A stretch of 64,000 bases of DNA from Acidimicrobiales bacterium. GTDB lineage: Bacteria; Actinomycetota; Acidimicrobiia; Acidimicrobiales; Ilumatobacteraceae. The position numbers and the translations under genes were made by a program. The stretch is taken from NCBI GenBank assembly GCA_046091145.1, contig JBJTBF010000058.1:4876-68875 (forward strand), read 5' to 3'. Positions 1-9,470 of this stretch are shown piece after piece (the stretch's first letter is position 1; the number at the start of each line of letters is the position of its first letter). The notes beneath the pieces are model-generated. The model saw only the letters and a program-made list of their open reading frames with translations, searched no databases and was not told the DNA's origin.

Positions 1-2394
1 CATCATGCGGCTCTCCACGTCGTCGCGGCTGAACCCGAACGTCATCTGGGTGAGGTCGTTCGTGCCGAAACTGAAGAAGTCCGCCACCTCGGCCAGCTCG
101 TCGGCACGCAGCGCCGCACGGGGGGTCTCGATCATGGTGCCGATCGTGACCTTCGGGCGCCTGCGGCGCGGGCCACTCTTCGGGGCCGGACGCGACGCGA
201 CTTCGGCCAGCACCTCCTCCACCCATCTGCGGGCGAGGGCGAGTTCCTCCCGGGTGACGGTGAGCGGGATCATCACCTCCACGACGGGGTCGTAGCCCTT
301 TGCGGCGACCTCGTCGGCGGCCTCCATCAGTGCGCGCACCTGCATCGCATACAGGCCCGGCTTGATGACCCCGAGGCGAACCCCGCGGGTGCCGATCATC
401 GGGTTGAACTCGCTCCAGGAGTGTGCCGCATGCAGCAGTGCCTCCTCCTCGGTGGTCAGACCCTTGGTGGCCTTCTTGATCTCGAGCTCCTGCACGTTCG
501 GGAGGAACTCATGCAGCGGCGGGTCGAGCAACCGCACGGTGACCGGCAGGCCCGACATCTCGACGAGAAGAGCCGCGAAGTCCTCCTTCTGCACCTTGCG
601 GAGCTGCTCGAGTGCCGCTTCCTCCTCGGCGGGGGTCGAGGCGAGGATCATGCGCCGCACGACGGGCAGGCGGTCGGGTGCCAGGAACATGTGCTCGGTG
701 CGGCAGAGACCGATGCCCTCTGCGCCCATCTCGCGGGCCTTGCGCGCGTCCTCCGCCGTGTCGGCGTTCGCCCTGACGGCCATCTTCCCCTTGCGGATCT
801 CGTCGGCCCACTTCAGGATCGTGCCGAACTCCTTCGGGGGCTCCGAAGCCTTCAGCTCCAGGCGGCCGATCATGATCTCACCGGTGGTGCCGTCGAGGGA
901 GATCCACTCGCCCTCCTTCACCGTGGCCCCGCCCGCCGTGAACGAACGTCCGGTGATCTCCACGGCCTCGGCGCCCACCACGGCGGGTGTTCCCCAGCCA
1001 CGCGCGACCACGGCGGCGTGGCTGACCAGTCCGCCGCGGGAGGTGAGGATGCCGCGCGCGACCATCATGCCGTGCACGTCCTCGGGGCTCGTCTCGCTGC
1101 GCACGAGGATGACGTCCTCACCGCGCTTGGCGGCTGCCTCTGCATCGTCGGCGGTGAAGTACACGCGACCGACTGCCGCGCCGGGCGAGGCGGCGAGACC
1201 CTTGGCGACGGACTTCGACTTCGACGCGAACTGCGGGTGCAGCACCTGGTCGAGATGCTCGGCCGCGACACGCATCACCGCGTCACGCCGGGAGATCTTC
1301 CATGCCTTCCTCCCCGTTCCCGAGGGCTTCGTCATGTCGACCGCCATGCGCAGTGCCGCCGCTCCGGTGCGCTTGCCGACGCGTGTCTGCAGCATCCACA
1401 GCTTCCCCTGCTCGATCGTGAACTCGGTGTCGCACATGTCGCAGTAGTGGCGCTCGAGGCGCGCGAAGATGGTGAGCAGCTCGGCATGGATCGCCGGGAA
1501 CTTCTTCTTCAGGGCGTTGAGGTCCTCGGTGTTGCGGATGCCCGCCACCACGTCCTCGCCCTGGGCGTTCACGAGGAAGTCGCCGTACGGCTTGTTCTCG
1601 CCGGTCGCGGCGTTGCGGGTGAAACCGACCCCGGTGCCCGAGTTGTCGTCACGGTTGCCGAACACCATGGCCTGCACGTTGACGGCGGTGCCGAGTTCGT
1701 GGCTGATCTTCTCGCGCACGCGGTACGCGATGGCGCGGGGACCGTTCCACGAGCGGAACACGGCCTCGATCGCGCCGCGCAGCTGCTTGGCCGGGTCCTG
1801 CGGGAACGCCCGACCCGTGTGCCTCGCCACCGCCTCCTTGTACGTCGCGCAGAGCTCGCGCAGCACCGCCGCCGGGACATCCGCGTCGCTGCGCACGCCG
1901 GCCTTCGCCTTCGCCGCCTCGAGCGGCTCCTCGAACACGTGCCCCTCGATGCCGAGCACGATGCGGCCGTACATCGAGATGAACCGACGGTAGGAGTCAT
2001 ACGCAAAACGCTCGTCCCCGGTCGACTTCGCGAGGCCCACCACGCTCCTGTCGTTCAGACCGAGGTTCAGCACGGTGTCCATCATTCCCGGCATGGAGAA
2101 CTTCGCACCGGAGCGCACCGACACGAGGAGCGGGTCGGTTGCATCCCCGAGGCGACGGCCCATCTTCCGCTCGAGCGCCGTCACGTGCCGCGCAACCTCC
2201 GCATCGAGGGTCTTCGGCCAGCCGCCGTGCATGTAGGCGCGACAAGCATCGGTGGTGATCGTGAATCCGTGCGGCACGGGAAGACCCAGCACACTCATCA
2301 TCTCGGCGAGGTTTGCCCCCTTGCCACCGAGGAGGTCCTTCAACTCCATCGGGGGACGACGGTGCTTGTGATCGAATGCATAAACGTACGGCAC
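1..2394 (-). CDS. ppdK: pyruvate, phosphate dikinase; C-terminal end cut by window edge
   Basis: Absent from the ORF track because there is no stop in the window. Minus-strand translation from GTG 2394 reads VPYVYAFDHKHRRPPMELKDLLGGKGANLAEMMSVLGLPVPHGFTITTDACRAY..DPLLVSVRSGAKFSMPGMMDTVLNLGLND. The same frame at the window edge reads MIETPRAALRADELAEVADFFSFGTNDLTQMTFGFSRDD. Both are canonical PPDK motifs. The 421..2409 + ORF is its shadow. Confidence 0.9.
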   Translation of the reverse strand, partial: MPYVYAFDHKHRRPPMELKDLLGGKGANLAEMMSVLGLPVPHGFTITTDACRAYMHGGWPKTLDAEVARHVTALERKMGRRLGDATDPLLVSVRSGAKFSMPGMMDTVLNLGLNDRSVVGLAKSTGDERFAYDSYRRFISMYGRIVLGIEGHVFEEPLEAAKAKAGVRSDADVPAAVLRELCATYKEAVARHTGRAFPQDPAKQLRGAIEAVFRSWNGPRAIAYRVREKISHELGTAVNVQAMVFGNRDDNSGTGVGFTRNAATGENKPYGDFLVNAQGEDVVAGIRNTEDLNALKKKFPAIHAELLTIFARLERHYCDMCDTEFTIEQGKLWMLQTRVGKRTGAAALRMAVDMTKPSGTGRKAWKISRRDAVMRVAAEHLDQVLHPQFASKSKSVAKGLAASPGAAVGRVYFTADDAEAAAKRGEDVILVRSETSPEDVHGMMVARGILTSRGGLVSHAAVVARGWGTPAVVGAEAVEITGRSFTAGGATVKEGEWISLDGTTGEIMIGRLELKASEPPKEFGTILKWADEIRKGKMAVRANADTAEDARKAREMGAEGIGLCRTEHMFLAPDRLPVVRRMILASTPAEEEAALEQLRKVQKEDFAALLVEMSGLPVTVRLLDPPLHEFLPNVQELEIKKATKGLTTEEEALLHAAHSWSEFNPMIGTRGVRLGVIKPGLYAMQVRALMEAADEVAAKGYDPVVEVMIPLTVTREELALARRWVEEVLAEVASRPAPKSGPRRRRPKVTIGTMIETPRAALRADELAEVADFFSFGTNDLTQMTFGFSRDDVESRMM

Positions 2395-2402
2395 GAGGGG
2401 CG

Positions 2403-2424
2403 AGTCTAGGACGGCCCGTAGAAT
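2403..2424. promoter_or_regulatory. back-to-back -10 boxes for leaderless ppdK and the M50 protease gene
   Basis: Minus TAGACT (2408-2403), 8 nt before GTG 2394. Plus TAGAAT (2419-2424), 8 nt before GTG 2433. The spacer is 38 bp with no Shine-Dalgarno on either side. Confidence 0.45.
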
Positions 2425-2432
2425 CGCTGTCA

Positions 2433-3425
2433 GTGGCTACCCCCAGCGCACGGCGCGGAGAGTTCTCCCTGGTCGGTTTCCCCACCACGGTGCGGCCGGG
2501 TTTCCCCCTGTTCCTGCTGATGATCGCCGTCATCTACCCGTGGCCGGCAGGGGCATGGGTGGCGGGCTGCATCGCGGTCTTCACGGTGGTGCACGAGCTC
2601 GGGCATGCAGTGACCGCACGTGTCTTCGGATGTGAGGCGCGCATCTCGCTGGATTTCATGGTGGCGTACGCCGCGTTCTCCCCTGCCCCCGGGTTCACGC
2701 GGTTGCGTCGTGGGCTCGTGGCCGTGTCGGGTGCGACGGCACAGATGTCACTTGCTGTCGTCGTGCTCCTGGCGATGGGGGTGAACCCCCTCTCGCGGGC
2801 CGATGTTGCCGATGCATCGCATGCCGCAGCCGCGGTGTGGTGGACCGGTCTCGTGCTCGGCGCGGTGAACCTGCTGCCCGTCTTGCCCCTCGACGGGGGT
2901 GCGGTCGTGGCAAGCGTCCTCGATCGTCTGTTCCCCGGTCGCGGCGCGCGCATCATGCTGCGCGCCAGCATCGTCGTCACCTCGGCCGCGCTCGCGACCA
3001 CGCTCGCCTACGGCGGCGGCGACTACGTGATCTTCCTTGCGTTCCTGTTGTTCCTGCAGTGGCGCACGCTGCGTGCCGGGACGGTGTTCGAGGCCGCCGT
3101 CGACGCCGCCGTCGAGGCGCCGACCGGTTGGTCGGCGATCGATGCAGCCGCCGCGGAGAGGATCCTCGCGGCCGGCAACCCGCGCGGTGCACTTGCCCGT
3201 TGCCAGGAGGCATGGATGGAGGGCCCTGCTCCCGACACCGCCGTCGTCGCGGCGAGAGCCTCGGTCGTTCTCGGCAGCACGGATGCGGCGCTCGCATGGG
3301 TGGAGGCTGCGGTGGCAGTGTCGTTCGACGGCCTCGACACACTGTCCCGTCTGAACGCGGCTGACGAACTCGCGGCGTTGCGCGGGCACCCGCGCTATGT
3401 GTCGGCGGTCAACGCGCTGGACTGA
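2433..3425 (+). CDS. M50 family (site-2 protease-like) zinc metalloprotease with helical C-terminal extension
   Basis: HELGH zinc motif and NLLPVLPLDGG second S2P motif in a multi-TM protein. Start trimmed from 2313 to the in-frame GTG 2433, which lies 8 nt after TAGAAT. Confidence 0.75.
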   Translation: MATPSARRGEFSLVGFPTTVRPGFPLFLLMIAVIYPWPAGAWVAGCIAVFTVVHELGHAVTARVFGCEARISLDFMVAYAAFSPAPGFTRLRRGLVAVSGATAQMSLAVVVLLAMGVNPLSRADVADASHAAAAVWWTGLVLGAVNLLPVLPLDGGAVVASVLDRLFPGRGARIMLRASIVVTSAALATTLAYGGGDYVIFLAFLLFLQWRTLRAGTVFEAAVDAAVEAPTGWSAIDAAAAERILAAGNPRGALARCQEAWMEGPAPDTAVVAARASVVLGSTDAALAWVEAAVAVSFDGLDTLSRLNAADELAALRGHPRYVSAVNALD

Positions 3426-4185
3426 CGGAATCGAGCGGCACGCCGGCAGCGATGCCACGGCGCACCCTTGCGATGCAGTGCACCGTCCCGCACGACGTGA
3501 TCTCGACGCCCTCGGTCGACGTGCCGGGGTCCACCAGAACGAGGCGAACCGGCGCGGACGCACCGCGTGAGTCCATCCGTTCCACCAGTTCCTGGCCGGG
3601 GTAGCAGCCCTTGGTGAAACTCACGGCACGCGCGAGCACACCGGTTCCCGCGGGCACGTCACCCTCCAGGATGTCGGTGCCCATCGATGGCCAGCCGCGG
3701 TCGACCCGCGATGCCTCGATCACCGGCGGTTCCACCCGGGTGCCGCCGGCAGGCATTGCGGACGCGTCGGCAACGACGTCGAGGCGTCCCGGTGCACCCC
3801 AGTCGCACGTGGCGAGTCCGGCCGGCCGGACCGACTGCGGAACCGGTTCGCTGCCGGTGAGATAGGCCCGCACTTCCCACCCCACGGGCGCGATGGTGAC
3901 CTTCGCGCGAAGGACGAACCTGGAGAGACGCGTGACCACCCGCGCACCGAAACCCTGCTCCACGTCCAGCGTGAAGCACTCGTCTGTGCGGCACACGACC
4001 CGCAGCAGCGCGTCCACCCTGCCCTCGGGCGACAGCAGCAACGACCAGGCGGAACCGCCGGGCGGCATTGCCCCGATGTCCTGGGCGAGCTGGGAGTGCA
4101 GGAACCACCGCGCATCCGCCCCCTCGACGAGCAGAACGTCGCGTGGCATCGTCGCCCAGTGCCACGAACCGGGCACGGCCGTCAT
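3409..4185 (-). CDS. ygfZ: YgfZ/GcvT-like folate-binding protein
   Basis: FTKGCYPGQELV signature (KGC[Y/F]xGQE) and an aminomethyltransferase-like fold. ATG 4185 overlaps the trpE stop (ATGA). An alternative start is ATG 4149 (MPRDVLLVEGADA). Confidence 0.7.
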   Translation of the reverse strand: MTAVPGSWHWATMPRDVLLVEGADARWFLHSQLAQDIGAMPPGGSAWSLLLSPEGRVDALLRVVCRTDECFTLDVEQGFGARVVTRLSRFVLRAKVTIAPVGWEVRAYLTGSEPVPQSVRPAGLATCDWGAPGRLDVVADASAMPAGGTRVEPPVIEASRVDRGWPSMGTDILEGDVPAGTGVLARAVSFTKGCYPGQELVERMDSRGASAPVRLVLVDPGTSTEGVEITSCGTVHCIARVRRGIAAGVPLDSVSPAR

Positions 4186-5717
4186 GCGCGGGTTCCCCTG
4201 CGGGTGCGGCGCTCCGTCATCCGTCGTGCCGCCGGGACGGTGGCCAGAAGTGCACGTGCCTTGTTGTGGCACTCGAGGTCCTCGTCCGCGGGCTCGCTGT
4301 CGGCGACGATGCCCGCACCTGCCTGGAGGCTGGCGCCGTGGTCACCCACGAACATCGTGCGGATGGCGATCGCGGTGTCGAGGTTGCCCGAGAAGTCCAC
4401 GTACCCCACGACACCCGCATAGGGCCCGCGCTTCATGGGCTCGAGTTCGTCGATGATCTCCATCGCTCGCACCTTCGGGGCACCGCTCACCGTGCCCGCC
4501 GGCAGTGTCGCGCGCAGCACGTCGATCGGCCCGAGACCTGCGCGGAGCGTTCCCGAGACCTGGGAGGTCAGGTGCATCACGTGGCTGTAGCGCTCGAGTG
4601 TCATCAACTCGTCCACGGTGACCGTGCCGAACTCCGCCACCCTCCCCACGTCGTTGCGCGCGAGGTCGACGAGCATCACGTGTTCGGCGACCTCCTTCGG
4701 GTTCTCGCGCAGTTCGCCGGCGAGACGCCTGTCGTGGTCGTCGTCGCGTCCCCTCTTGCGCGTGCCCGCGATCGGGCGCGAGATGACCTTCCCGTTCACG
4801 ACCTGCACCAGCGGCTCGGGCGAACCGCCCACGATGGTGAGGCCCGGCTGGCGCACGAAGTACATGTACGGGCTGGGGTTCACCTGCCGCAGCACCCGGT
4901 ATGCGTCGAAGGGGTCCGCACCGAGGTCGATGTCGAAGCGTTGTGACAGCACCACCTGGAAGATGTCACCTGCACGCACGTGCTCCTTCGCCACCTCGAC
5001 CGCACGTCGGTAACCGCCGTCCGGCATCGACGACCTGGTCTCCGGCAGCACATCGTCCTCTGTCGGCGGCTCGACCGGCACGTACGGGAGCGGACGGGCG
5101 AGATCCTCCACGGCATCATGCACACGGGCGACGGCCGCCCCGTACGCGGCATCGATGGCCGTCGCGTCGAGCCCCGCGACCGGCACGCTCTCGATGAGGT
5201 ACACGCGCTGGCGCCAGTGGTCGAACGCGGCGAGGCTGCCGATGATGCTGATCGATGCATCGGGCAGTCCCCTGTCGTCACGCGGCGCGTTCGGCAGGTG
5301 CTCGACCTCGCGCACCACGTCGTAGCCGAGGTGCCCCATGAGTCCGCCCTGCAGCGGCGGCAGGTCGGGGTGCAGCGGCGCGCGGTAGAGCGAGAGCAGT
5401 TCCTCCATGGCGGCGAGCATCCCGCGGTCGAGCGGCACCGATGACGGCACGTCACCGGTGGTGGTGATGCGGCCGTCGCGCAGCGTCAGGGTGCCACGGG
5501 GGTTGCGCCCAACGAACGAGTAGCGGCTCCAGCGCTCACCGTGCTCCACCGACTCGAGCAGGAAACCGTCGTTCTCCCCCACCAGCTTCGCGAACGCCGC
5601 GACAGGTGTCTCGAGGTCGGCGAGGATCTCCGTCCACACGGGCACCACGGAGTGACGCGCGGCGAGCTGCCTGAACTCCTCAGGGCCGGGGGTGACAGTG
5701 GTGCCGTCGGCGCTCAC
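4182..5717 (-). CDS. trpE: anthranilate synthase component I
   Basis: [19 protein letters not shown] Trp-feedback motif, and the chorismate-binding C-terminal domain ([27 protein letters not shown]). GTG 5717 overlaps the hisI stop (GTGA). Confidence 0.9.
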   Translation of the reverse strand: MSADGTTVTPGPEEFRQLAARHSVVPVWTEILADLETPVAAFAKLVGENDGFLLESVEHGERWSRYSFVGRNPRGTLTLRDGRITTTGDVPSSVPLDRGMLAAMEELLSLYRAPLHPDLPPLQGGLMGHLGYDVVREVEHLPNAPRDDRGLPDASISIIGSLAAFDHWRQRVYLIESVPVAGLDATAIDAAYGAAVARVHDAVEDLARPLPYVPVEPPTEDDVLPETRSSMPDGGYRRAVEVAKEHVRAGDIFQVVLSQRFDIDLGADPFDAYRVLRQVNPSPYMYFVRQPGLTIVGGSPEPLVQVVNGKVISRPIAGTRKRGRDDDHDRRLAGELRENPKEVAEHVMLVDLARNDVGRVAEFGTVTVDELMTLERYSHVMHLTSQVSGTLRAGLGPIDVLRATLPAGTVSGAPKVRAMEIIDELEPMKRGPYAGVVGYVDFSGNLDTAIAIRTMFVGDHGASLQAGAGIVADSEPADEDLECHNKARALLATVPAARRMTERRTRRGTRA

Positions 5718-6094
5718 GAGCCGCCGAACTCGTGGTGGAAGCACGAGCGCTCGCCGGTGTGGCACGCACCGCGGCCCTCCTGCACCACCCGGAAGAGCAG
5801 CGTGTCACCGTCGCAGTCATAGGCGGCACTCACGACGAACTGGCGGTCACCACTGGTGTCGCCCTTGCGCCACAGTTCGTTGCGGCTGCGGCTCCAGTAC
5901 ACCATCCGCCCCTGGGCGAACGTGAGATCGAGCGACTCGCGGTTCATCCACGCCATCATCAGGACGTCACCCGTCTCGTCGCACTGCGCGATGGCCGGCA
6001 CGAGTCCGTCGGCATTCCACTTCACGGCGGCGAGGTCCGCGGCGGACGGCACGATGACCCGCCCACCGTCAGCGTCTGTATTCCACTCGGACAT
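5714..6094 (-). CDS. hisI: phosphoribosyl-AMP cyclohydrolase
   Basis: [62 protein letters not shown], typical HisI including the Cys ligands. Confidence 0.9.
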   Translation of the reverse strand: MSEWNTDADGGRVIVPSAADLAAVKWNADGLVPAIAQCDETGDVLMMAWMNRESLDLTFAQGRMVYWSRSRNELWRKGDTSGDRQFVVSAAYDCDGDTLLFRVVQEGRGACHTGERSCFHHEFGGS

Positions 6095-6097
6095 TCG

Positions 6098-6736
6098 ATG
6101 AACGGTACCGTCATGTCCGTGAGCACCGAAACCGTTTCCCTAGTCACGATTGACGGTCTCGAGCTCGCCGCCGACGTGATCTGGGCCGACGGCGACGCGA
6201 AGGCGTTCGTGGTGATCGGCCACCCGCACCCGGCCCACGGCGGTGACAGATGGAACAACATCGTGCGCTCCCTGCAGGAGGCCGCAGCAGCCTGCGGGTG
6301 CCACTCGATCGCCCCGGACTTCCGCGGCGCGGGCCAGAGCCCCGGCGAGCACGACGGGGGGAACGCCGAGCGCCTCGACCTGGCCGCTGCATGCGATTTC
6401 ATCGGCCTCGTGGAGGAGTCCCTGCCCGTGGTGATGAGCGGTTACTCCTTCGGTGCGGCAGTCGGCCTGAACGTGACGTACCCGTCGGTGGCGGGATGGC
6501 TCGCGGTCGCACCCCCTGTCGCGATGCTGGAACCCGCACCGGTCGCGGCGAACGACCACCGGCCGAAACACATTCTCCTGCCCCGCCACGACCAGTTCTC
6601 CACGGCGGAGGCGATGCTCGCACGCACGTCGGGCTGGAACAACACGTCAGTCACCGTGCTGGAGGGCGTCGACCACTTCATCGCGACCGGAGCGTTCGAG
6701 CAGTGCTGCACGGCGCTCGGGAGCCTGCTCGCATGA
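6098..6736 (+). CDS. alpha/beta hydrolase (small, single-domain)
   Basis: GYSFG nucleophile elbow (GxSxG) and about 210 aa. Start trimmed to ATG 6098 (alt. 6113); the upstream part of ORF 5732..6736 is antisense to hisI. Confidence 0.6.
   Translation: MNGTVMSVSTETVSLVTIDGLELAADVIWADGDAKAFVVIGHPHPAHGGDRWNNIVRSLQEAAAACGCHSIAPDFRGAGQSPGEHDGGNAERLDLAAACDFIGLVEESLPVVMSGYSFGAAVGLNVTYPSVAGWLAVAPPVAMLEPAPVAANDHRPKHILLPRHDQFSTAEAMLARTSGWNNTSVTVLEGVDHFIATGAFEQCCTALGSLLA
6102..6107 (-). promoter_or_regulatory. -10 box for leaderless hisI
   Basis: TACCGT on the minus strand, 7 nt before ATG 6094. It lies inside the first codons of the divergent hydrolase ORF. Confidence 0.35.
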
Positions 6737-6762
6737 CCTGGGCCGGCGTGATCCCGCCGGCC

Positions 6763-7539
6763 TCAGACTGAGGGGCGCACCCGCACACCGGCAGCCGACA
6801 GCACACGCTTGGCGTCTGCCACCGTGTGCTCGCCGAAGTGGAAGATCGACGCCGCAAGGACACCCGTGGCACCGCCCTCGGTCACGCCCTTCACCAGATG
6901 TTCGAGTTCGCCCACGCCGCCGCTCGCGATCACCGGCACACCGACAGCGGAGCTGACCGCCCGGGTGAGCGCGGTGTCATAGCCGTCGCGGGTGCCGTCG
7001 CGGTCCATCGACGTGAGGAGTATCTCCCCGGCGCCGAGCGACACCGCCCGTTCCGCCCACTGCACCGCATCGATGCCGGTCGGGGTGCGGCCCCCGTGCA
7101 GGTGCACCTCCCATCCGCCGGTGCGGGGGTCGTGCTTGGCATCGATCGCGCACACCACACACTGCGATCCGAACTCCGCGGCAATCTCGGGGATCAGGGC
7201 CGGCCGTTCCACTGCGCTCGTGTTGACGCTCACCTTGTCCGCACCGGCGCGCAGCAGGGCACGCGCGTTCGCGAGCTCCCTCACTCCCCCGCCGACCGTG
7301 AGCGGGATGAACACCTCATCCGCGGTGCGGGCCACGACGTCGACCATCGTGGCGCGACGGTTCGACGATGCGGTGATGTCGAGGAACACGATCTCGTCGG
7401 CCCCCTGCGCGTCGTAGCGTGCCGCGAGTTCCACGGGGTCGCCCGCGTCCCGCAGACCGACGAAGTTGACGCCCTTCACCACGCGACCGTCGGTCACGTC
7501 GAGACACGGGATGACCCGTGCCACCACGTCGGCGATCAC
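6763..7539 (-). CDS. hisF: imidazole glycerol phosphate synthase, cyclase subunit
   Basis: [32 protein letters not shown].. canonical HisF. The start overlaps the hisA stop. Confidence 0.95.
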   Translation of the reverse strand: MIADVVARVIPCLDVTDGRVVKGVNFVGLRDAGDPVELAARYDAQGADEIVFLDITASSNRRATMVDVVARTADEVFIPLTVGGGVRELANARALLRAGADKVSVNTSAVERPALIPEIAAEFGSQCVVCAIDAKHDPRTGGWEVHLHGGRTPTGIDAVQWAERAVSLGAGEILLTSMDRDGTRDGYDTALTRAVSSAVGVPVIASGGVGELEHLVKGVTEGGATGVLAASIFHFGEHTVADAKRVLSAAGVRVRPSV

Positions 7540-8246
7540 CGCAGGGCCCCTATCGCCTCTGCAACCGTGAACCGGTTCTCGTACAGGGCCTTGCCCACGA
7601 TCACGCCCGCGAGGCCGGGAACATGTGCGAGGGCACGGAGGTCCTCCAGGGTTCCCACACCGCCGCTTGCGACCACGGGCACCGGTGATGTCCGCGCCGC
7701 CCCTGCGAGCCCCTCGATGTCGGGGCCGGCGAGCATGCCGTCACGCGAGATGTCGGTGATCACGAACGCCGACGCGGACGGGAACATCCCGAGCATGTCG
7801 GCGAGTGCCACATCCGATGACTGCGTCCATCCGTGGGTCGCAACCGTGCCCCCGCGGTGGTCGAGACCGACCGCGACCTCCAGTCTCCGCGACACATCCT
7901 CGACGAGCGGGGGGTTCTCCACCGCCGCCGAACCCATGACCACCCGTGACACCCCGGCAGCGGCCAGTTCATCCGCGTCGTCGGCGGTGCGGACCCCACC
8001 GCCCACCTGCAGACGCGCGCGCCCGCCGAGCGCGGCCGCGACCGCGGCGATCACGGACCGGTTCGTTGCCACCCCGCTGCGCGCCGCATCGAGGTCGACC
8101 ATGTGCACCCATGTTGCGCCCTCTTCGACGAAGCGCACGGCGGTGTGCACGGGGTCGTCACCGTAGAAGGTCGTGTCGTCGTAGTCGCCCTGGCGGAGCC
8201 GCACCACGCGGCCTTCAAGCAGGTCGATTGCGGGGAACAGGTTCAT
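7536..8246 (-). CDS. hisA: ProFAR isomerase, actinobacterial HisA/PriA type
   Basis: [22 protein letters not shown].. Start trimmed to ATG 8246, which overlaps the hisH stop (ATGA). Confidence 0.9.
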   Translation of the reverse strand: MNLFPAIDLLEGRVVRLRQGDYDDTTFYGDDPVHTAVRFVEEGATWVHMVDLDAARSGVATNRSVIAAVAAALGGRARLQVGGGVRTADDADELAAAGVSRVVMGSAAVENPPLVEDVSRRLEVAVGLDHRGGTVATHGWTQSSDVALADMLGMFPSASAFVITDISRDGMLAGPDIEGLAGAARTSPVPVVASGGVGTLEDLRALAHVPGLAGVIVGKALYENRFTVAEAIGALR

Positions 8247-8860
8247 GTCGCCGACCCCACGAAGTTCGCGAGCATTGCGATGCCGGCGGCCGCCGACTTC
8301 TCCGGGTGGAACTGCACGGCGAACACGTTGCCGTTGCGGAACGCGGCGTTGACCTCCCCGCCGTAGCGGACCGTCGCCACCACGTGTGCCGGGTCGTCCG
8401 GCACGCCGTGCAACGAGTGCACGAAGTACATCCACGGTCCCTCGCCGAGGCCGGCCAGCACGGGATCTGCCCCGCGCACATCGAGGCGGTTCCACTGCAT
8501 CTGCGGCCGCGGCACACCTTCGGGAATCCACCGCACACGTCCCGGGATGACACCGAGGCCCGCGTGTGCGGGGTCCTCGTCGCTCGCATCGAACAGCATC
8601 TGCATGCCGACGCAGATGCCGAGGAACGGCCGGCCGTCACCCACTGCCGTGTGCACGCAGGTCTCGAGACCGCTCGCCCGCAGTGCGTCCATGCACGCAC
8701 CGAAGGCCCCCACCCCGGGAAGCACCACCGCATCGGCGGAGTCCGCCACGGCCGGGTCCGTCGTCAGCACCGCGTCGGCCCCGGCACGCTGCAGTGCCTT
8801 CTGGGCGGAGCGGAGGTTGCCGATTCCGTAGTCGAGAACCGCGACGCGCGGGCCGGTCAC
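8243..8860 (-). CDS. hisH: imidazole glycerol phosphate synthase, glutaminase subunit
   Basis: VAVLDYGIGNLRSAQKAL..PFLGICVGMQMLF..AVQFHPEKS class-I GATase triad context. GTG 8860 overlaps the hisB stop (GTGA). Confidence 0.9.
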   Translation of the reverse strand: MTGPRVAVLDYGIGNLRSAQKALQRAGADAVLTTDPAVADSADAVVLPGVGAFGACMDALRASGLETCVHTAVGDGRPFLGICVGMQMLFDASDEDPAHAGLGVIPGRVRWIPEGVPRPQMQWNRLDVRGADPVLAGLGEGPWMYFVHSLHGVPDDPAHVVATVRYGGEVNAAFRNGNVFAVQFHPEKSAAAGIAMLANFVGSAT

Positions 8861-9450
8861 GACAGGGTGCCCTTCGTGGAGGGCACCCCCGTGGACTCCA
8901 CCCGCACCGCATCGCGCAGGCACCGTGCGAGACCCTTGAACGTGGCCTCGATGATGTGGTGCACGTTGCGGCCCGCCTTCAGGTTCACGTGCAGGGTGAT
9001 TCCCGCCGACGTCGCGAGCGATGACACGGCGTGCTCGGCGAGCGACGGGTCGAACGCGGGGTTGCCGAGCGGGAGGCACTCGGGCAGCGGAACGTCCCAC
9101 GCCACGAACGGACGTCCGCTCAGGTCGAGTGCGATCTCCACGAGTGCCTCGTCCAGCGGGAACGAACCGCTCGCGAACCTGCGCACACCGGCCTTGTCGC
9201 CCAGCGCATCACGGATCGCCTCGCCCACCGCGATCGCGACGTCCTCGACCGTGTGGTGCGTGTCGATGTGGAGGTCCCCCTCGGCCTGTACCACGAGGTC
9301 GAAGCCACCGTGACGGGCCAGCTGGTCCAGCATGTGGTCGTAGAAGGGTATGCCGGTGGACACGCGTGATGTCCCGCTGCCGTCGAGGTCGACCGAGACC
9401 TCGATGCGGGTCTCCTTGGTGTTGCGGCTGCGCTGGGCTGTGCGGCTCAT
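8857..9450 (-). CDS. hisB: imidazoleglycerol-phosphate dehydratase
   Basis: RNTKETRIEVSVDLDGSG..IPFYDHMLDQLARHG..DTHHTVEDVAIA..HHIIEATFKGLARCL. Start trimmed to ATG 9450. Confidence 0.95.
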   Translation of the reverse strand: MSRTAQRSRNTKETRIEVSVDLDGSGTSRVSTGIPFYDHMLDQLARHGGFDLVVQAEGDLHIDTHHTVEDVAIAVGEAIRDALGDKAGVRRFASGSFPLDEALVEIALDLSGRPFVAWDVPLPECLPLGNPAFDPSLAEHAVSSLATSAGITLHVNLKAGRNVHHIIEATFKGLARCLRDAVRVESTGVPSTKGTLS

Positions 9451-9470
9451 CCGACCATTCTCGCGGTGCG

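Noticed and set aside
421-2409. 662-aa plus-strand ORF (and 362..1447) covering the left end of the window.
   Set aside because: Its composition is Arg/His/Leu/Gly-rich, typical of off-frame translation of GC-rich DNA. The opposite strand encodes an unmistakable PPDK in a frame that stays open to the window edge.
4182-5717. Whether the chorismate-utilising enzyme next to the folate-binding YgfZ-like gene is PabB rather than TrpE.
   Set aside because: It has the LLES..SRYSF tryptophan-feedback motif, is colinear with mycobacterial TrpE as I recall it, and shows the conserved hisI-trpE linkage. All of this favours TrpE.
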